64,000 nucleotides of DNA from a bacterium (lineage in GTDB: Bacteria; UBA10199; 2-02-FULL-50-16; JAJFLM01). The stretch is taken from the NCBI GenBank assembly GCA_965216315.1, contig CBDCFN010000015.1:32001-96000 (forward strand), written 5' to 3'. Positions 38,392-48,137 of this stretch are shown here, piece after piece. The notes beneath the pieces are model-generated. The model worked only from the letters and a program-made list of their open reading frames with translations. It had not been told where the DNA came from and did not search any database. Position 1 is the first letter of the stretch. Each line of letters begins with the position of its first letter. Both the position numbers and the translations under genes were made by a program.

Positions 38392-38913
38392 ATGAAAACG
38401 AAACGAAACTTCTTTAAAAATACGTTTCTTGGAATAGTCGCATTTACTTTATTAAGCACAACATGTTTTGCGATACCGAGCGAAACAACGGCCTATGGCC
38501 CCAAAGGCCGACGCTTCGGGGCCGGCATTATTGCCGGTGAACCGACCGGCATCAGCCTACGCGGTTATGTGAGCTCGCGGGTTGCACTTGATCTGATAGC
38601 ATCTTGGTCGTTTTTAGATGATGCACTGACATTAATCGGCGATGTTACTTACGACTTCTTCGATATTCCGGTGAACACAAACAGCTTCTCATTACCTTTT
38701 TATGCGGGTGCCGGAGGCATTCTCGGTTTTGGGCAAAGAGGAAAAAACGATGGGAGAACGATTGTCGGCGTCCGCGTCCCTGTCGGGGTTGCCATGCAGT
38801 TTATCAACCATCCCGTGGAAGTTTTCTTTGAGGTGGCGCCGGGCGTCCAATTGGCGCCTTCAACTAAATTTGATATCACGGGCGGCATCGGCGTTCGTTA
38901 TTATTTCTTTTAG
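38392..38913 (+). CDS. Small outer-membrane beta-barrel protein (DUF3996-like)
   Basis: Signal peptide; FG.G...GEPTG.S; GVR.PVG; VF.E.AP; C-terminal G.RYYFF. Confidence 0.82.
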   Translation: MKTKRNFFKNTFLGIVAFTLLSTTCFAIPSETTAYGPKGRRFGAGIIAGEPTGISLRGYVSSRVALDLIASWSFLDDALTLIGDVTYDFFDIPVNTNSFSLPFYAGAGGILGFGQRGKNDGRTIVGVRVPVGVAMQFINHPVEVFFEVAPGVQLAPSTKFDITGGIGVRYYFF

Positions 38914-38975
38914 TTTCAATATATTGTTTATAAAAATGACATGATGTGGGGTGGCAATGCTATAATCGCCACCCC

Positions 38976-39764
38976 ATGCTTATTGAGATCTCCGAAGGCA
39001 TTCCGCTGAAGACTCTCATCCAAATGGGAACTCTTGCCCTTCTCGTCTCACTTGAAAGCTGGTGGCCTCAGTTTCAAGTGAGACGCGGACGGCTTCAGCA
39101 TGATCTCACCAACCTCGGTTTCGGTCTGGGCAATGCGATGATCATTTTGCTCTTGTTCTCGGGGGTTATGGCGATCGTCGCCGCTCAAACGACTGCATCC
39201 CATTTTGGTCTCTTGAACCTGTGGCCCGGCCCCGCCTGGCTCCGCTGGTGTGGAGCAGTCGTACTCTTCGATCTATGGATGTACCTCTGGCACCGGGCCA
39301 ATCACAGGATACATTTTTTGTGGCGCTTTCACCGCATGCATCACACCGATTCGACATTGGATGCCAGCTCAGCACTCCGCTTTCATCCGGGAGAGATTAT
39401 CTTATCATCATTACTGAGGCTGCTCGTCTTGCCTCTGCTCGGCATGACGCTGGCGGAACTTCTTCTTTACGAAACCTTATTGCAACCGGTTATTCTGCTG
39501 CATCATAGTAACATCCGCTTTCCCGAACCGCTTGATCGCGTCCTGCGAGCCGTCATCGTCACACCGCACATGCACTGGCTCCACCACTCGGACCGAGTGC
39601 AAGAACATAACTCCAACTATGCGAGTATCTTTTCGTGGTGGGATCGAATTGGGCGTAGTTTTCGTCACCGTAAAGATATCGAGGCGATCGACTACGGATT
39701 GCCTCAGTTTCAAGGTCCACAATGGCAGAGCGCTGTCGGCATGATTCAGACACCTCTGAAATAA
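38976..39764 (+). CDS. Sterol desaturase / fatty acid hydroxylase family protein
   Basis: His boxes HRANH, HRMHH, HHSN, HWLHH; NY...S.WDR. Confidence 0.92.
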   Translation: MLIEISEGIPLKTLIQMGTLALLVSLESWWPQFQVRRGRLQHDLTNLGFGLGNAMIILLLFSGVMAIVAAQTTASHFGLLNLWPGPAWLRWCGAVVLFDLWMYLWHRANHRIHFLWRFHRMHHTDSTLDASSALRFHPGEIILSSLLRLLVLPLLGMTLAELLLYETLLQPVILLHHSNIRFPEPLDRVLRAVIVTPHMHWLHHSDRVQEHNSNYASIFSWWDRIGRSFRHRKDIEAIDYGLPQFQGPQWQSAVGMIQTPLK

Positions 39765-39775
39765 AACTGTCTTTG

Positions 39776-39860
39776 CGGAGAGGGAGGGATTCGAACCCTC
39801 GGTACGTTGCCGCACACACGCTTTCCAAGCGTGCGCCTTAAGCCACTCGGCCACCTCTCC
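39776..39860 (-). tRNA. tRNA-Ser(GGA), CCA not encoded
   Basis: GGAGAGG acceptor stem, cacgc-ttGGAaa-gcgtg anticodon arm, long variable arm, GGTTCGAATCC. Confidence 0.96.
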
Positions 39861-40041
39861 GTAATAATGGGGGTGTGTGCTCTGCCCAACACCCCCATAC
39901 CCCATAAATGGTTCACTCGCGCGGAGTCAATCCGACGCTCGTTCACGAACACTCCATTTGATAGAGTTTTTTTGACAGTTCGTAAATAGTTTTCTCGGAA
40001 GCTAGACACGGGAGAGATATTAAGTTACGGCCCACCTAATT

Positions 40042-40329
40042 ATGGCTGATATTCAATTGAGCGCTGAACTGACAAACTCAGGCTGGAGCGTCAACGTCCA
40101 AGTCCATGAAAATGGCACTGAGACGCGGCACCAAGTCAGCGTGCCCAAAAAGGACTATGAAGCCCTCACCGACGGCAAGGTCGCAGTCGGCGAACTCGTC
40201 AAGGCCTCCTTTGAATTCTTACTGGAACACGAGCCCAAAGAGGCCATTCTTTCCGCTTTTGATATCATGACCATCGCCCGCTATTTCCCGAATTATTCTG
40301 ACGCCATCCGTCAACGTCTGGGTATTTAA
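40042..40329 (+). CDS. Conserved-looking small hypothetical protein
   Basis: T.H.V.V...SFEFLL.HEP.E.IL..FD...I.RYFP. Confidence 0.75.
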   Translation: MADIQLSAELTNSGWSVNVQVHENGTETRHQVSVPKKDYEALTDGKVAVGELVKASFEFLLEHEPKEAILSAFDIMTIARYFPNYSDAIRQRLGI

Positions 40330-40466
40330 CGCGGTGCACTCAGACAAACATCTGATATGATTAGCAAAATGCAATGCGTTATAGAGTCGGCGCAAATACC
40401 TATCAATAAAGGATTTGCGAGCGATAGAATCTTTACCCTCGAGGGAAAAATATCGTATAATAGGAT

Positions 40467-40829
40467 GTGATCCGGAAACAAATCATCTCATTAATCGCGC
40501 TGATTCTAATGGCGTGGTCCGCTTCAGCGTGGGCGGATTGCTATATCTTCAATCTTGGCGATGGTGATCGACTTCACGACTGTGATGACAGTCGCGATAG
40601 CGGTTACGAGATCGGTTTTGGTGGCGGTGACGGTGTGCTCATGCGCCAGGATGGACTCGTTGACTATGTATTCGGAATCGACGAAGTCGACTCGGTGATT
40701 ATGCGTTCTGATGGACGTATCGATGACGCGTATCACGTCGGCTATGGCAATGCCTTTGTCGTCCAGGATTTGCCGCCCATCGACCAAAGCATCGACCTAA
40801 CCTATATGCGGCTCGAAGCACATCCTTGA
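40467..40829 (+). CDS. Small secreted acidic protein with internal repeat
   Basis: Sec signal (ASAWA); TATAAT just upstream; repeat D.V.MR.DG..D. Confidence 0.65.
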   Translation: MIRKQIISLIALILMAWSASAWADCYIFNLGDGDRLHDCDDSRDSGYEIGFGGGDGVLMRQDGLVDYVFGIDEVDSVIMRSDGRIDDAYHVGYGNAFVVQDLPPIDQSIDLTYMRLEAHP

Positions 40830-40916
40830 GGAGCTTCATTGCGATCGTCACGGCTGTATCGGGATTCAGATCAGCTAGGTGTTAACGATCAATTTGCCGA
40901 ATCATACGGCGATCGC

Positions 40917-42053
40917 CTAACCCCTGATTCTTTCAGCTAAATCCCGTCCCATATCGTAAAGACGCCCCAGGACATCAGGACGAGACTCCAAGAAACGGTT
41001 GACCGGGATCTTTTCCGTCGGATGAATGACATGAATCTCCTGGTCGGGATAGCGCTCGCGTAAGGCATCGAGATCAAGCGGACGAGGCAATGGAACATTC
41101 TCCTCTAGGCGCGCCAGGTGAGCTAATAGATCGCTGACGCGGAAACGACGTGGAAGAAAACTCAAACGACGCGAGGCTTTGTCAAAGCCTCGTAATAACG
41201 ATCTCAACTGACGTCGAAATAACGTTTGTACCGGCCGATCAAAGACGTAGCCTTTTTTGCTACTCGTCACTACAAAGACGTGATCCGCCCCAAAATCAAG
41301 TGCCAATTGAACCGGAGCATTATTGGTAAAGACTCCATCTATGAGAACATTAGCTCCATCAATGATGGGATTACCATAAAGAAACGGAACGCGTGATGAG
41401 GCAATAACAGCTTGACTCAGTTCCTCCGGCGACCGAACAACGATCCAGTCTTCATCAGAGCGCTGAGAATGTTCTACGATATGAGTAGGGGGAGGCTTGG
41501 ATGTGAAGTAGCGTGTTGAAAAAAGGCGATTGCCATCTGCCAGTAAAGACGCGCCAATTTCGGAGAGTTTAGCCGCATCGGCTGCAGAGGAACCAGCAAG
41601 AAATAAATGGAGGCCCGCCAGAAAAAGACGTAAATGATCGTGCCGAAGCTCGGCAAGGGCTTCATTACGATAGTGGGTCGCGGTCAGCACAAGCGCTGTC
41701 TGACTCTCAAAGGCACGCGCTGAATCAACCAGTCCGCTCTTAAATATCTGCTGCAAGGCTGCGGGGTAAGGGTTGAGATTATGCCGTCGTGGAACCAAGC
41801 GGGTGGCCTGTCCAAATTGAATCCAGCCGGAGCGCGCCATGTCATGATCAAAAGGACCACCCGCGGCCGCGGCGGCCGCAATGAGGCTTCCCGATGAACT
41901 GCCGATCGCAAGTTGAAATGGCTGGGACCCCACCCCGGCAGCTTGAAGACGAGAACCCAGTTCAAAGACAAAACCCGTTTGAAACGCGCCCCACATGGCC
42001 TCTCCAGGCAAGACGAGCGCCACGGATGACATTGAAGTTGCTGCACCAAGCAT
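40917..42053 (-). CDS. Patatin-like phospholipase
   Basis: LVLPG...GAFQ.G, GSSSG nucleophile elbow, ASS.VP, IDGV. Confidence 0.85.
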   Translation of the reverse strand: MLGAATSMSSVALVLPGEAMWGAFQTGFVFELGSRLQAAGVGSQPFQLAIGSSSGSLIAAAAAAGGPFDHDMARSGWIQFGQATRLVPRRHNLNPYPAALQQIFKSGLVDSARAFESQTALVLTATHYRNEALAELRHDHLRLFLAGLHLFLAGSSAADAAKLSEIGASLLADGNRLFSTRYFTSKPPPTHIVEHSQRSDEDWIVVRSPEELSQAVIASSRVPFLYGNPIIDGANVLIDGVFTNNAPVQLALDFGADHVFVVTSSKKGYVFDRPVQTLFRRQLRSLLRGFDKASRRLSFLPRRFRVSDLLAHLARLEENVPLPRPLDLDALRERYPDQEIHVIHPTEKIPVNRFLESRPDVLGRLYDMGRDLAERIRG

Positions 42054-42060
42054 GGGGACG

Positions 42061-42087
42061 TCTTCGGCACCACCAAACATTGGTTGC
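42061..42087 (-). promoter_or_regulatory. Sigma-28-like motif GCAAC-N16-CGAAGA (GCCGAAGA)
   Basis: 7 nt upstream of ATG 42053. Confidence 0.72.
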
Positions 42088-42098
42088 TCAAAAATTGC

Positions 42099-42398
42099 TT
42101 ATTTTCTACGGGAAAAAATGATGAAAAAACCGAATATTATCAAGATAAGTGGCCAGAATCCGATCGAGTAGGGACCAATCATAAAATTGAACTGAAAGAT
42201 CAAACCAATCCCAATCAGAATAATCGGCGTCCCGTAGGCCCGCCAGGCCTTGCCGCGGCTCATGTTATCGACGATCATCGCCACCCCGATCACAAACATG
42301 ATCCCGGGCCACCAGTAATCGGTGACGGCAAGGACTCCTATCCCGATCAGGATCAGGCCATGAAAGGTCCGTAGATGCCAATTCTCATTGCGGGCCAT
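42099..42398 (-). CDS. Small membrane protein
   Basis: Repeated LIGIG...WP.I helices. Confidence 0.65.
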   Translation of the reverse strand: MARNENWHLRTFHGLILIGIGVLAVTDYWWPGIMFVIGVAMIVDNMSRGKAWRAYGTPIILIGIGLIFQFNFMIGPYSIGFWPLILIIFGFFIIFSRRK

Positions 42399-42481
42399 GG
42401 GTTTCCTTTAGCTATCTTACGCAACAACATCAATGCGAAAATCAGCCTAGACGCCTCAGCCCAGCGTGCTATAAGGCCTTT

Positions 42482-44026
42482 GTGTCCTACCAAGTACTTG
42501 CCCGTAAATACCGGCCCCAGAGTTTTGAAGAGGCCATCGGCCAAGAGCCGGCCACCCGTACGCTCAAAAATGCGATCGCACAGCAGCGCCTGCACCACGC
42601 CTATCTCTTTACCGGTCCCCGTGGCGTCGGCAAGACCTCCCTAGCCCGCATCTTTGCCAAATGCATTAACTGCGAAAAAGGACCCACGACCGCTCCGTGT
42701 CAGGCGTGCACTCCTTGCGAGGAGATTACGGCAGGATCATCCATGGACGTCCAAGAAATCGATGGAGCCTCCAACACTTCGGTCGATGACATTCGATCCC
42801 TTCGGGAAAATGCCAAGTACACCCCGGGATCGGGCCGCTATAAAATTTATATTATCGACGAAGTCCACATGCTGTCCAAGTCAGCCTTTGCGGCGCTGCT
42901 CAAGACACTAGAAGAACCTCCAGACCACGTTCGATTTATTTTTGCGACGACCGACCCGGAAAAAATCCCGGCGACCATCCTGTCACGCGTGTTACGTTTT
43001 GATTTCCGTCGCCCTTCCACCGAACTATTGCTCACGCACCTTGAGCGCATCGCTGCGGATGAAAAAATCGACGTCCCACGTGAAGCCCTACTCTGGATCG
43101 CACGTCAAGCGGAAGGCAGCGTCCGTGATTCGTTGAGCCTCTTTGACCGTGTAATCTCTTTCGCCGGCGACAAAATCACCGAAGCTGATGTACTCCAGGC
43201 CTTAGGCATCAGCGGTCGTAATGCCGTCCTTCAGCTACTGGACCACGTCATCACCCGCAATACGGAAGGCGCACTCCAATTCGTTAATGATCTCTATAAT
43301 GAAGGCCAAGACATCAAACAATTTGGCCAGGATCTCATGGAAGCGATTCGCGATGTCCTCGTTTTTAAAGTCACCGGCGACAAAGGCTTTAGTGATTGGA
43401 GCCAGGGCGAAAAAGATGCCGTCCAGCAACTCGCAAGCAAGAGTGAAATCGACGAACTGGAATACCTATTTCACCTGTTTCACCGCGCCTATCGCGAAAT
43501 TCTTTATAGCCCCTTACCACGCGTCCTTCTCGAGATTACCGTGATGCGTCTGTGTACGCGCCATGACCGCCAACCCCTTGCCGACGTCATCGCGCGTCTG
43601 GACTCCATAGAGAGTGGTCCAGCATCGCAATCGCAACGCACATCACCGCAGACTTCTACGGCAAAACAAACTCCGCCGAGTAGCGGGAGCAGTAATCCTT
43701 GGGAACAGTTTCTTAACTTTGTTGAACGCAAAAAGCCGGCCCTGGCCGCCGTATTAGCTCAAGCCCGTTGGGATGGCGAAATCGATGGGCGCATTCAATT
43801 AGGATATCCCCCACAGGCGGCCCACCGTACCCTCCTGCAGGATCCAGCCCGGCAACAGATTCTCGCGCAATTAGGGCAAGAGTTTTTTAAAAAAGAGATC
43901 ATTATGACTAACGGCTCCGCGGCACCTGTATCGACCAACCCAGAACAAACCGAAGCGGAGAATTCAATTATCGATGAGGCGATAGCCATTTTTAAACCAA
44001 CACGCACGGAAATGGAAAAGAGGTAA
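42482..44026 (+). CDS. dnaX: DNA polymerase III subunit gamma/tau
   Basis: YQVLARKYRPQ, GPRGVGKT, C4 zinc motif, IIDEVHML, LLKTLEEPP. Confidence 0.97.
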   Translation: MSYQVLARKYRPQSFEEAIGQEPATRTLKNAIAQQRLHHAYLFTGPRGVGKTSLARIFAKCINCEKGPTTAPCQACTPCEEITAGSSMDVQEIDGASNTSVDDIRSLRENAKYTPGSGRYKIYIIDEVHMLSKSAFAALLKTLEEPPDHVRFIFATTDPEKIPATILSRVLRFDFRRPSTELLLTHLERIAADEKIDVPREALLWIARQAEGSVRDSLSLFDRVISFAGDKITEADVLQALGISGRNAVLQLLDHVITRNTEGALQFVNDLYNEGQDIKQFGQDLMEAIRDVLVFKVTGDKGFSDWSQGEKDAVQQLASKSEIDELEYLFHLFHRAYREILYSPLPRVLLEITVMRLCTRHDRQPLADVIARLDSIESGPASQSQRTSPQTSTAKQTPPSSGSSNPWEQFLNFVERKKPALAAVLAQARWDGEIDGRIQLGYPPQAAHRTLLQDPARQQILAQLGQEFFKKEIIMTNGSAAPVSTNPEQTEAENSIIDEAIAIFKPTRTEMEKR

Positions 44027-44031
44027 GTGTT

Positions 44032-44361
44032 ATGGGCGATGGTTTTGATTTAATGAAATTAATTAAAGAAGCCGGCAAGATGCAAGAGATGGTCTCGTCT
44101 CAGCAAGAATCGCTTGCCAAGAAATTCTTCGAAGCCGAGACTGGCGGGGGCATGGTGAAGGTTAAGATCAACGGATTGCAAGAGATCCAATCGATTGAAG
44201 TTGAGGAAGAGGCCCTGGCAACACTAGGCCTCAAAGCCGTCATGGACCTGGTCACGGCCGCCGTTAATAGCGCCTTACAAAAGGCCAAAGACGCCGTCAA
44301 AGGCGATATGATGAGCGCCTTCCAAAACATGGCCGGCGGGCTGGTAGGTAAAGATGAATAG
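44032..44361 (+). CDS. ybaB: YbaB/EbfC nucleoid-associated protein
   Basis: GGGMVKV..NG, DL..AAVN.A; lies between dnaX and recR. Confidence 0.93.
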   Translation: MGDGFDLMKLIKEAGKMQEMVSSQQESLAKKFFEAETGGGMVKVKINGLQEIQSIEVEEEALATLGLKAVMDLVTAAVNSALQKAKDAVKGDMMSAFQNMAGGLVGKDE

Positions 44362-44956
44362 CAATTCGTTCGATCAACTCATTGAATCTCTCCGCAAATT
44401 ACCCGGCATCGGGGAAAAAACCGCAGCACGTCTCGCCATGTACATACTCCGCTCTACCGGCAGCTATGCACTCGAGCTTGCTCAGGCCATCCAAGATGCA
44501 AAGACCAAGATAGGCTTCTGCAATCTCTGCCAAGATTTAACCGAGGCCGACCTCTGCCGTATTTGCAGCAGCGATCAACGAGATCAGACTCTTGTGTGTA
44601 TCGTTGAAGACCCATCGAGCATGCACGCCCTAGAACAAACAAATCAATATAACGGGCGCTATCACATTTTGCATGGCAGCCTTTCTCCCATGCAGTCGAT
44701 TGGCCCCGAGAGCCTTCAATTGGATCGACTGAAAGAAAGACTGCGCAATGACTCAACGATAAAAGAGATTATTTTAGCGCTCAATTCAGACCCAGAAGGT
44801 GAAGCCACCGCTCTTTTCATCAAGGAATTTTTGCAGGAACTGCCACTTCGCATCACGCGCATTGCCTCTGGAATTCCAGTTGGCGCTCATGTACAGTACA
44901 CGGACCCCATCACTTTATCGCGGGCCTTATCAAGCCGCTACGAATTGGGAGGCTGA
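44354..44956 (+). CDS. recR: Recombination mediator RecR
   Basis: LPGIGEKTA.R, C4 zinc finger, EGEATA Toprim. Confidence 0.96.
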   Translation: MNSNSFDQLIESLRKLPGIGEKTAARLAMYILRSTGSYALELAQAIQDAKTKIGFCNLCQDLTEADLCRICSSDQRDQTLVCIVEDPSSMHALEQTNQYNGRYHILHGSLSPMQSIGPESLQLDRLKERLRNDSTIKEIILALNSDPEGEATALFIKEFLQELPLRITRIASGIPVGAHVQYTDPITLSRALSSRYELGG

Positions 44957-44957
44957 G

Positions 44958-45548
44958 ATGTCTTTTATCAACCCGGAAAAGAAGAGTGTGACTCTCAAGA
45001 TCATTTATTTCGGACCCGCCTTGGCAGGGAAATCAACCACCCTCCGTCAGCTTCACAAACATTTTAAAAGCAAGAAAGAAGGGAAAATATCCAGCCTCAC
45101 TCGTAATTATGAAGAATCAGCTTTTTTTGATTTTTTACCTTTGTCCGCGGGCTCCTATGAAAATTATGAAATCCGTTTTCACTTGTACGCCATTCCGGGC
45201 CCGATTCTCTATGAAGCCAACCGGCGTTTTCTCATGAAAGGCATTGATGGCATCGTCTTTGTCGCGGATTCGCGGCTCGCACGCCTAGAGGAAAATCTGG
45301 CTTGTCTGCAGGACTTGGAAAATAATCTGCGCAACCAAGAAACTTTTCTCGAAGAGGTTCCCTTGGTCATGCAATATAACAAACGGGATCTCAAAGAAGA
45401 GACGGTTCCTTTGGGCATCCTCAACAATATTCTCAATCCAACCGAACGCCCGGCCTTTCAAACAATTGCCTCACGAGGGGAGAGCGTAGTGGAACCGCTC
45501 AAAATCCTGACCAAACAGGTCCTGCGCGAACTCCACTACCCGGGCTAA
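44958..45548 (+). CDS. mglA: MglA-family small GTPase (degenerate catalytic residues)
   Basis: MSFIN...KI.Y.GP...GKST, FFDFLPL, FHLY, DGIVFVADS, QYNKRDL. Confidence 0.88.
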   Translation: MSFINPEKKSVTLKIIYFGPALAGKSTTLRQLHKHFKSKKEGKISSLTRNYEESAFFDFLPLSAGSYENYEIRFHLYAIPGPILYEANRRFLMKGIDGIVFVADSRLARLEENLACLQDLENNLRNQETFLEEVPLVMQYNKRDLKEETVPLGILNNILNPTERPAFQTIASRGESVVEPLKILTKQVLRELHYPG

Positions 45549-46199
45549 TTATCCTTTCGGTACTTTTTCCCAATCAGCAAGAAATTTTTCAATTCCGATA
45601 TCCGTTAACGAGTGCTTGAAGAGCTGCATAATGACGTTAAAGGGAATCGTTGCAACATCCGCCCCGATCAGGGCCGCCTGATGAACATGAATGGGATTCC
45701 GTATGCTCGCGACGAGTATCTTGGTTGCAAAACCATAATTGTCATAGATCGTGCGAATGTCATCAATAAGCTGCATACCGTCCTGACCGATATCATCGAG
45801 TCGTCCGACAAAAGGGCTCACGTACGTCGCTCCCGCTTTAGCCGCTAACAGGGCCTGATTCGCAGAAAAAGTCAGCGTCACGTTGGTTGGAATCCCTTCT
45901 TCGCAACAATGATGAACCGCCTTGAGTCCCTCCGGTGTGTTGGGAACCTTGATGACAATTTTGCCCTTATTAATCTCATAATAATGATGGGCTTCTTTCA
46001 TCATCCCTTTGGCGTCTTGACTGACAGCTTCGGCACTAATCGGGCCATCGACAATATTCGATATCTCGTGCAATACCTCATCATAGGGGCGGCCGGTTTT
46101 CGCAGCCAAACTCGGGTTGGTGGTCACCCCGTTAATCACGCCCATTTCCTGGGCCTCACGAATCTCGTCGACCATTGCGGTATCAATAAAAAATTCCAT
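45549..46199 (-). CDS. fsa: Transaldolase / fructose-6-phosphate aldolase
   Basis: [31 protein letters not shown]. Confidence 0.93.
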   Translation of the reverse strand: MEFFIDTAMVDEIREAQEMGVINGVTTNPSLAAKTGRPYDEVLHEISNIVDGPISAEAVSQDAKGMMKEAHHYYEINKGKIVIKVPNTPEGLKAVHHCCEEGIPTNVTLTFSANQALLAAKAGATYVSPFVGRLDDIGQDGMQLIDDIRTIYDNYGFATKILVASIRNPIHVHQAALIGADVATIPFNVIMQLFKHSLTDIGIEKFLADWEKVPKG

Positions 46200-46210
46200 T
46201 ATGACTCCTT

Positions 46211-46453
46211 CTATTCAACATGCTGATACTTGTCTCGACACTCCAAACTACAAAAATAGTGCCCCCCATGAGCTATGGCCTTATCGCGAGGCAGGTAGGT
46301 CTTGCAAGTCGGATCCATGACCAATTCGGTCGGGGCCTGGACGGCGCCTTGATTGGAGTTCTGTGGGCCTCTCGTTACGCGGCTGGCCGTACTCCGCTTA
46401 AACAACTGGTAGGCCAAATAGCCCAGAATAATTATGAGAAGGACCCGCAACAT
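46211..46453 (-). CDS. Small membrane-anchored YHS/TRASH-domain protein
   Basis: N-terminal TM; DPTC...YFCS.EC. Confidence 0.8.
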   Translation of the reverse strand: MLRVLLIIILGYLAYQLFKRSTASRVTRGPQNSNQGAVQAPTELVMDPTCKTYLPRDKAIAHGGHYFCSLECRDKYQHVE

Positions 46454-46950
46454 GCGGCCACCTTACCTGGTTGAGGAAATTCTGCAAGGTTCTCCAAGAG
46501 AGAGTGAACGGACTGGCACGTGACGGGATGCCGCCACTGCGGCTCAAGTTCCGCTAAAGGTCTCAGGACAAATTCGCGCCGCGTGAGCTCCGGGTGAGGC
46601 AGACATAACACACCTGATGGAATCTGTTGCGTCCCATAGCTCAAAATATCAAGATCAATAGAACGCGGCGCCCACTTTTCATGACGGACTCTTCCACACT
46701 GATTTTCAATGATTTGCAAAGCACGCAACAACTCGTAAGCCCCTAGAGTCGTTTCGATCTGGCAGACGGCGTTCAAAAAATCCGGGCCCACCGAACTGTC
46801 GATTGTCATGGCTTCACTCCGATAGATCGAGGAAACCTTGCGTAACTGGATACCTGAAGTATTCGCGAGTTTTTCGAGGGCCACTTCCAAGTAATGGCGG
46901 CGATCACCAATGTTGGAACCAAGTGAGATATAGGCTCGCGTCATTGTCAT
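46432..46950 (-). CDS. folK: 2-amino-4-hydroxy-6-hydroxymethyldihydropteridine diphosphokinase
   Basis: LGSNIGD, FLNAV, PR.IDLDIL, PHP...R.FVL.PL. Confidence 0.95.
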   Translation of the reverse strand: MTMTRAYISLGSNIGDRRHYLEVALEKLANTSGIQLRKVSSIYRSEAMTIDSSVGPDFLNAVCQIETTLGAYELLRALQIIENQCGRVRHEKWAPRSIDLDILSYGTQQIPSGVLCLPHPELTRREFVLRPLAELEPQWRHPVTCQSVHSLLENLAEFPQPGKVAACCGSFS

Positions 46951-48116
46951 TAGATGACTAGTTTGGCAATCCGTTCAGCGGCTTCGCGCAGACGTTCTTC
47001 CGGAGCTGTTAGCGAAAAACGAACATAACCTTCACCCGTCTCACCAAAACCATTACCGGGGGTACATACCACTGCGGCCTCTTCGATCACTCGTGCTGCA
47101 AATTCTTTGGAAGTTGTTCCTTCCGGAATTTCCACCCAAATATAGAAAGCCCCCTCCGAGCAGGCGATCTTCATCCCCGCCTGCTGCAAACTTTCTTCCA
47201 GCATCGAACGCCGGCGTCCATAGAGGGCACGCATCTCAGCAACACATGATTGGTCACCCGTTAAGGCCGTTGCGCCGGCCTCTTGCAAGGCCTCAAAAAT
47301 ACCCGAATCCACATTCGTTTTAATTTTACCTAAACCTGCAACGATCTCCGGATGCCCGGCAGCAAAGCCAATGCGCCACCCCGTCATATTATAGGTCTTT
47401 GATAACGAATGAAACTCGATGCCAACATCCTTGCCACCAGGAAACTGCAGCAGACTTAGCGGCTTCTCATCACCGGGATAAAACTCAGAGTAAGCGACGT
47501 CACTCGCAATAATGACATTATACTTATTAGCAAAGGCGATTAGTTCCTCATACAAAGAGGCCGGTGCCATTTTGGAAGTCGGATTGTTCGGGTAATTGAC
47601 AAACAAAAGCTTCGCTTTAGTGGCCACTTCTTCGGGAATGGCCGCAAGATCGGGCAAGAAATCATTCTCGCGCAATAACGGCACAGGATAAGGCTGTCCT
47701 CCAGCCAACAAGGTGGCGGCAGAATAAACCGGATAACCCGGATCCGTAAATAGACAGACGTCCCCAGGGTCAAGAAAGGCAAAAGGAAGATGGTAAATCG
47801 CCTCCTTGGTACCGATGCAGCTTACAATTTCTTTGGCAGGATCGGCGCTGGCACCAAAACGCGTCTCAAGAAAAGACGCGGCCGCTTCTCGAAAGCTCAT
47901 CATTCCTTCATAGGAAGGGTAGCTATGATACTCGGTTTTTTTTGCCGCTTCCTGGAGGGCCTTAACAATATGTGATGGGGTTGGCTGATCGGGGTCCCCG
48001 ATGCCAAGGCTGATAACATCTTTACCTTTTGCTACCTGTTCGGCCTTGAGGCGATCGAGCTCCGCAAAGAGGTAAGGCGGCAGCTGCCCCAGTTTTTTTG
48101 CAACTTTGATATCCAT
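46950..48116 (-). CDS. dapL: LL-diaminopimelate aminotransferase
   Basis: LPPYLFA, GIGDPD, NYPNNPT, SLSKTYNMTGWRIG; located in the dap operon. Confidence 0.9.
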   Translation of the reverse strand: MDIKVAKKLGQLPPYLFAELDRLKAEQVAKGKDVISLGIGDPDQPTPSHIVKALQEAAKKTEYHSYPSYEGMMSFREAAASFLETRFGASADPAKEIVSCIGTKEAIYHLPFAFLDPGDVCLFTDPGYPVYSAATLLAGGQPYPVPLLRENDFLPDLAAIPEEVATKAKLLFVNYPNNPTSKMAPASLYEELIAFANKYNVIIASDVAYSEFYPGDEKPLSLLQFPGGKDVGIEFHSLSKTYNMTGWRIGFAAGHPEIVAGLGKIKTNVDSGIFEALQEAGATALTGDQSCVAEMRALYGRRRSMLEESLQQAGMKIACSEGAFYIWVEIPEGTTSKEFAARVIEEAAVVCTPGNGFGETGEGYVRFSLTAPEERLREAAERIAKLVI

Positions 48117-48137
48117 GAATTTATCCTTTGAAATTGA

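Noticed and set aside
39861..42481. SRP RNA (ffs), often found between tRNA-Ser and dnaX
   Set aside because: No SRP domain IV signature (CAGG...GGAA...AGCAG) seen.
43882..43897. T6-A6-G run in dnaX as a programmed frameshift site
   Set aside because: Codon phase is TTT TTT AAA AAA GAG, not A AAA AAG; it lies near the C-terminus with no clear stimulatory hairpin.
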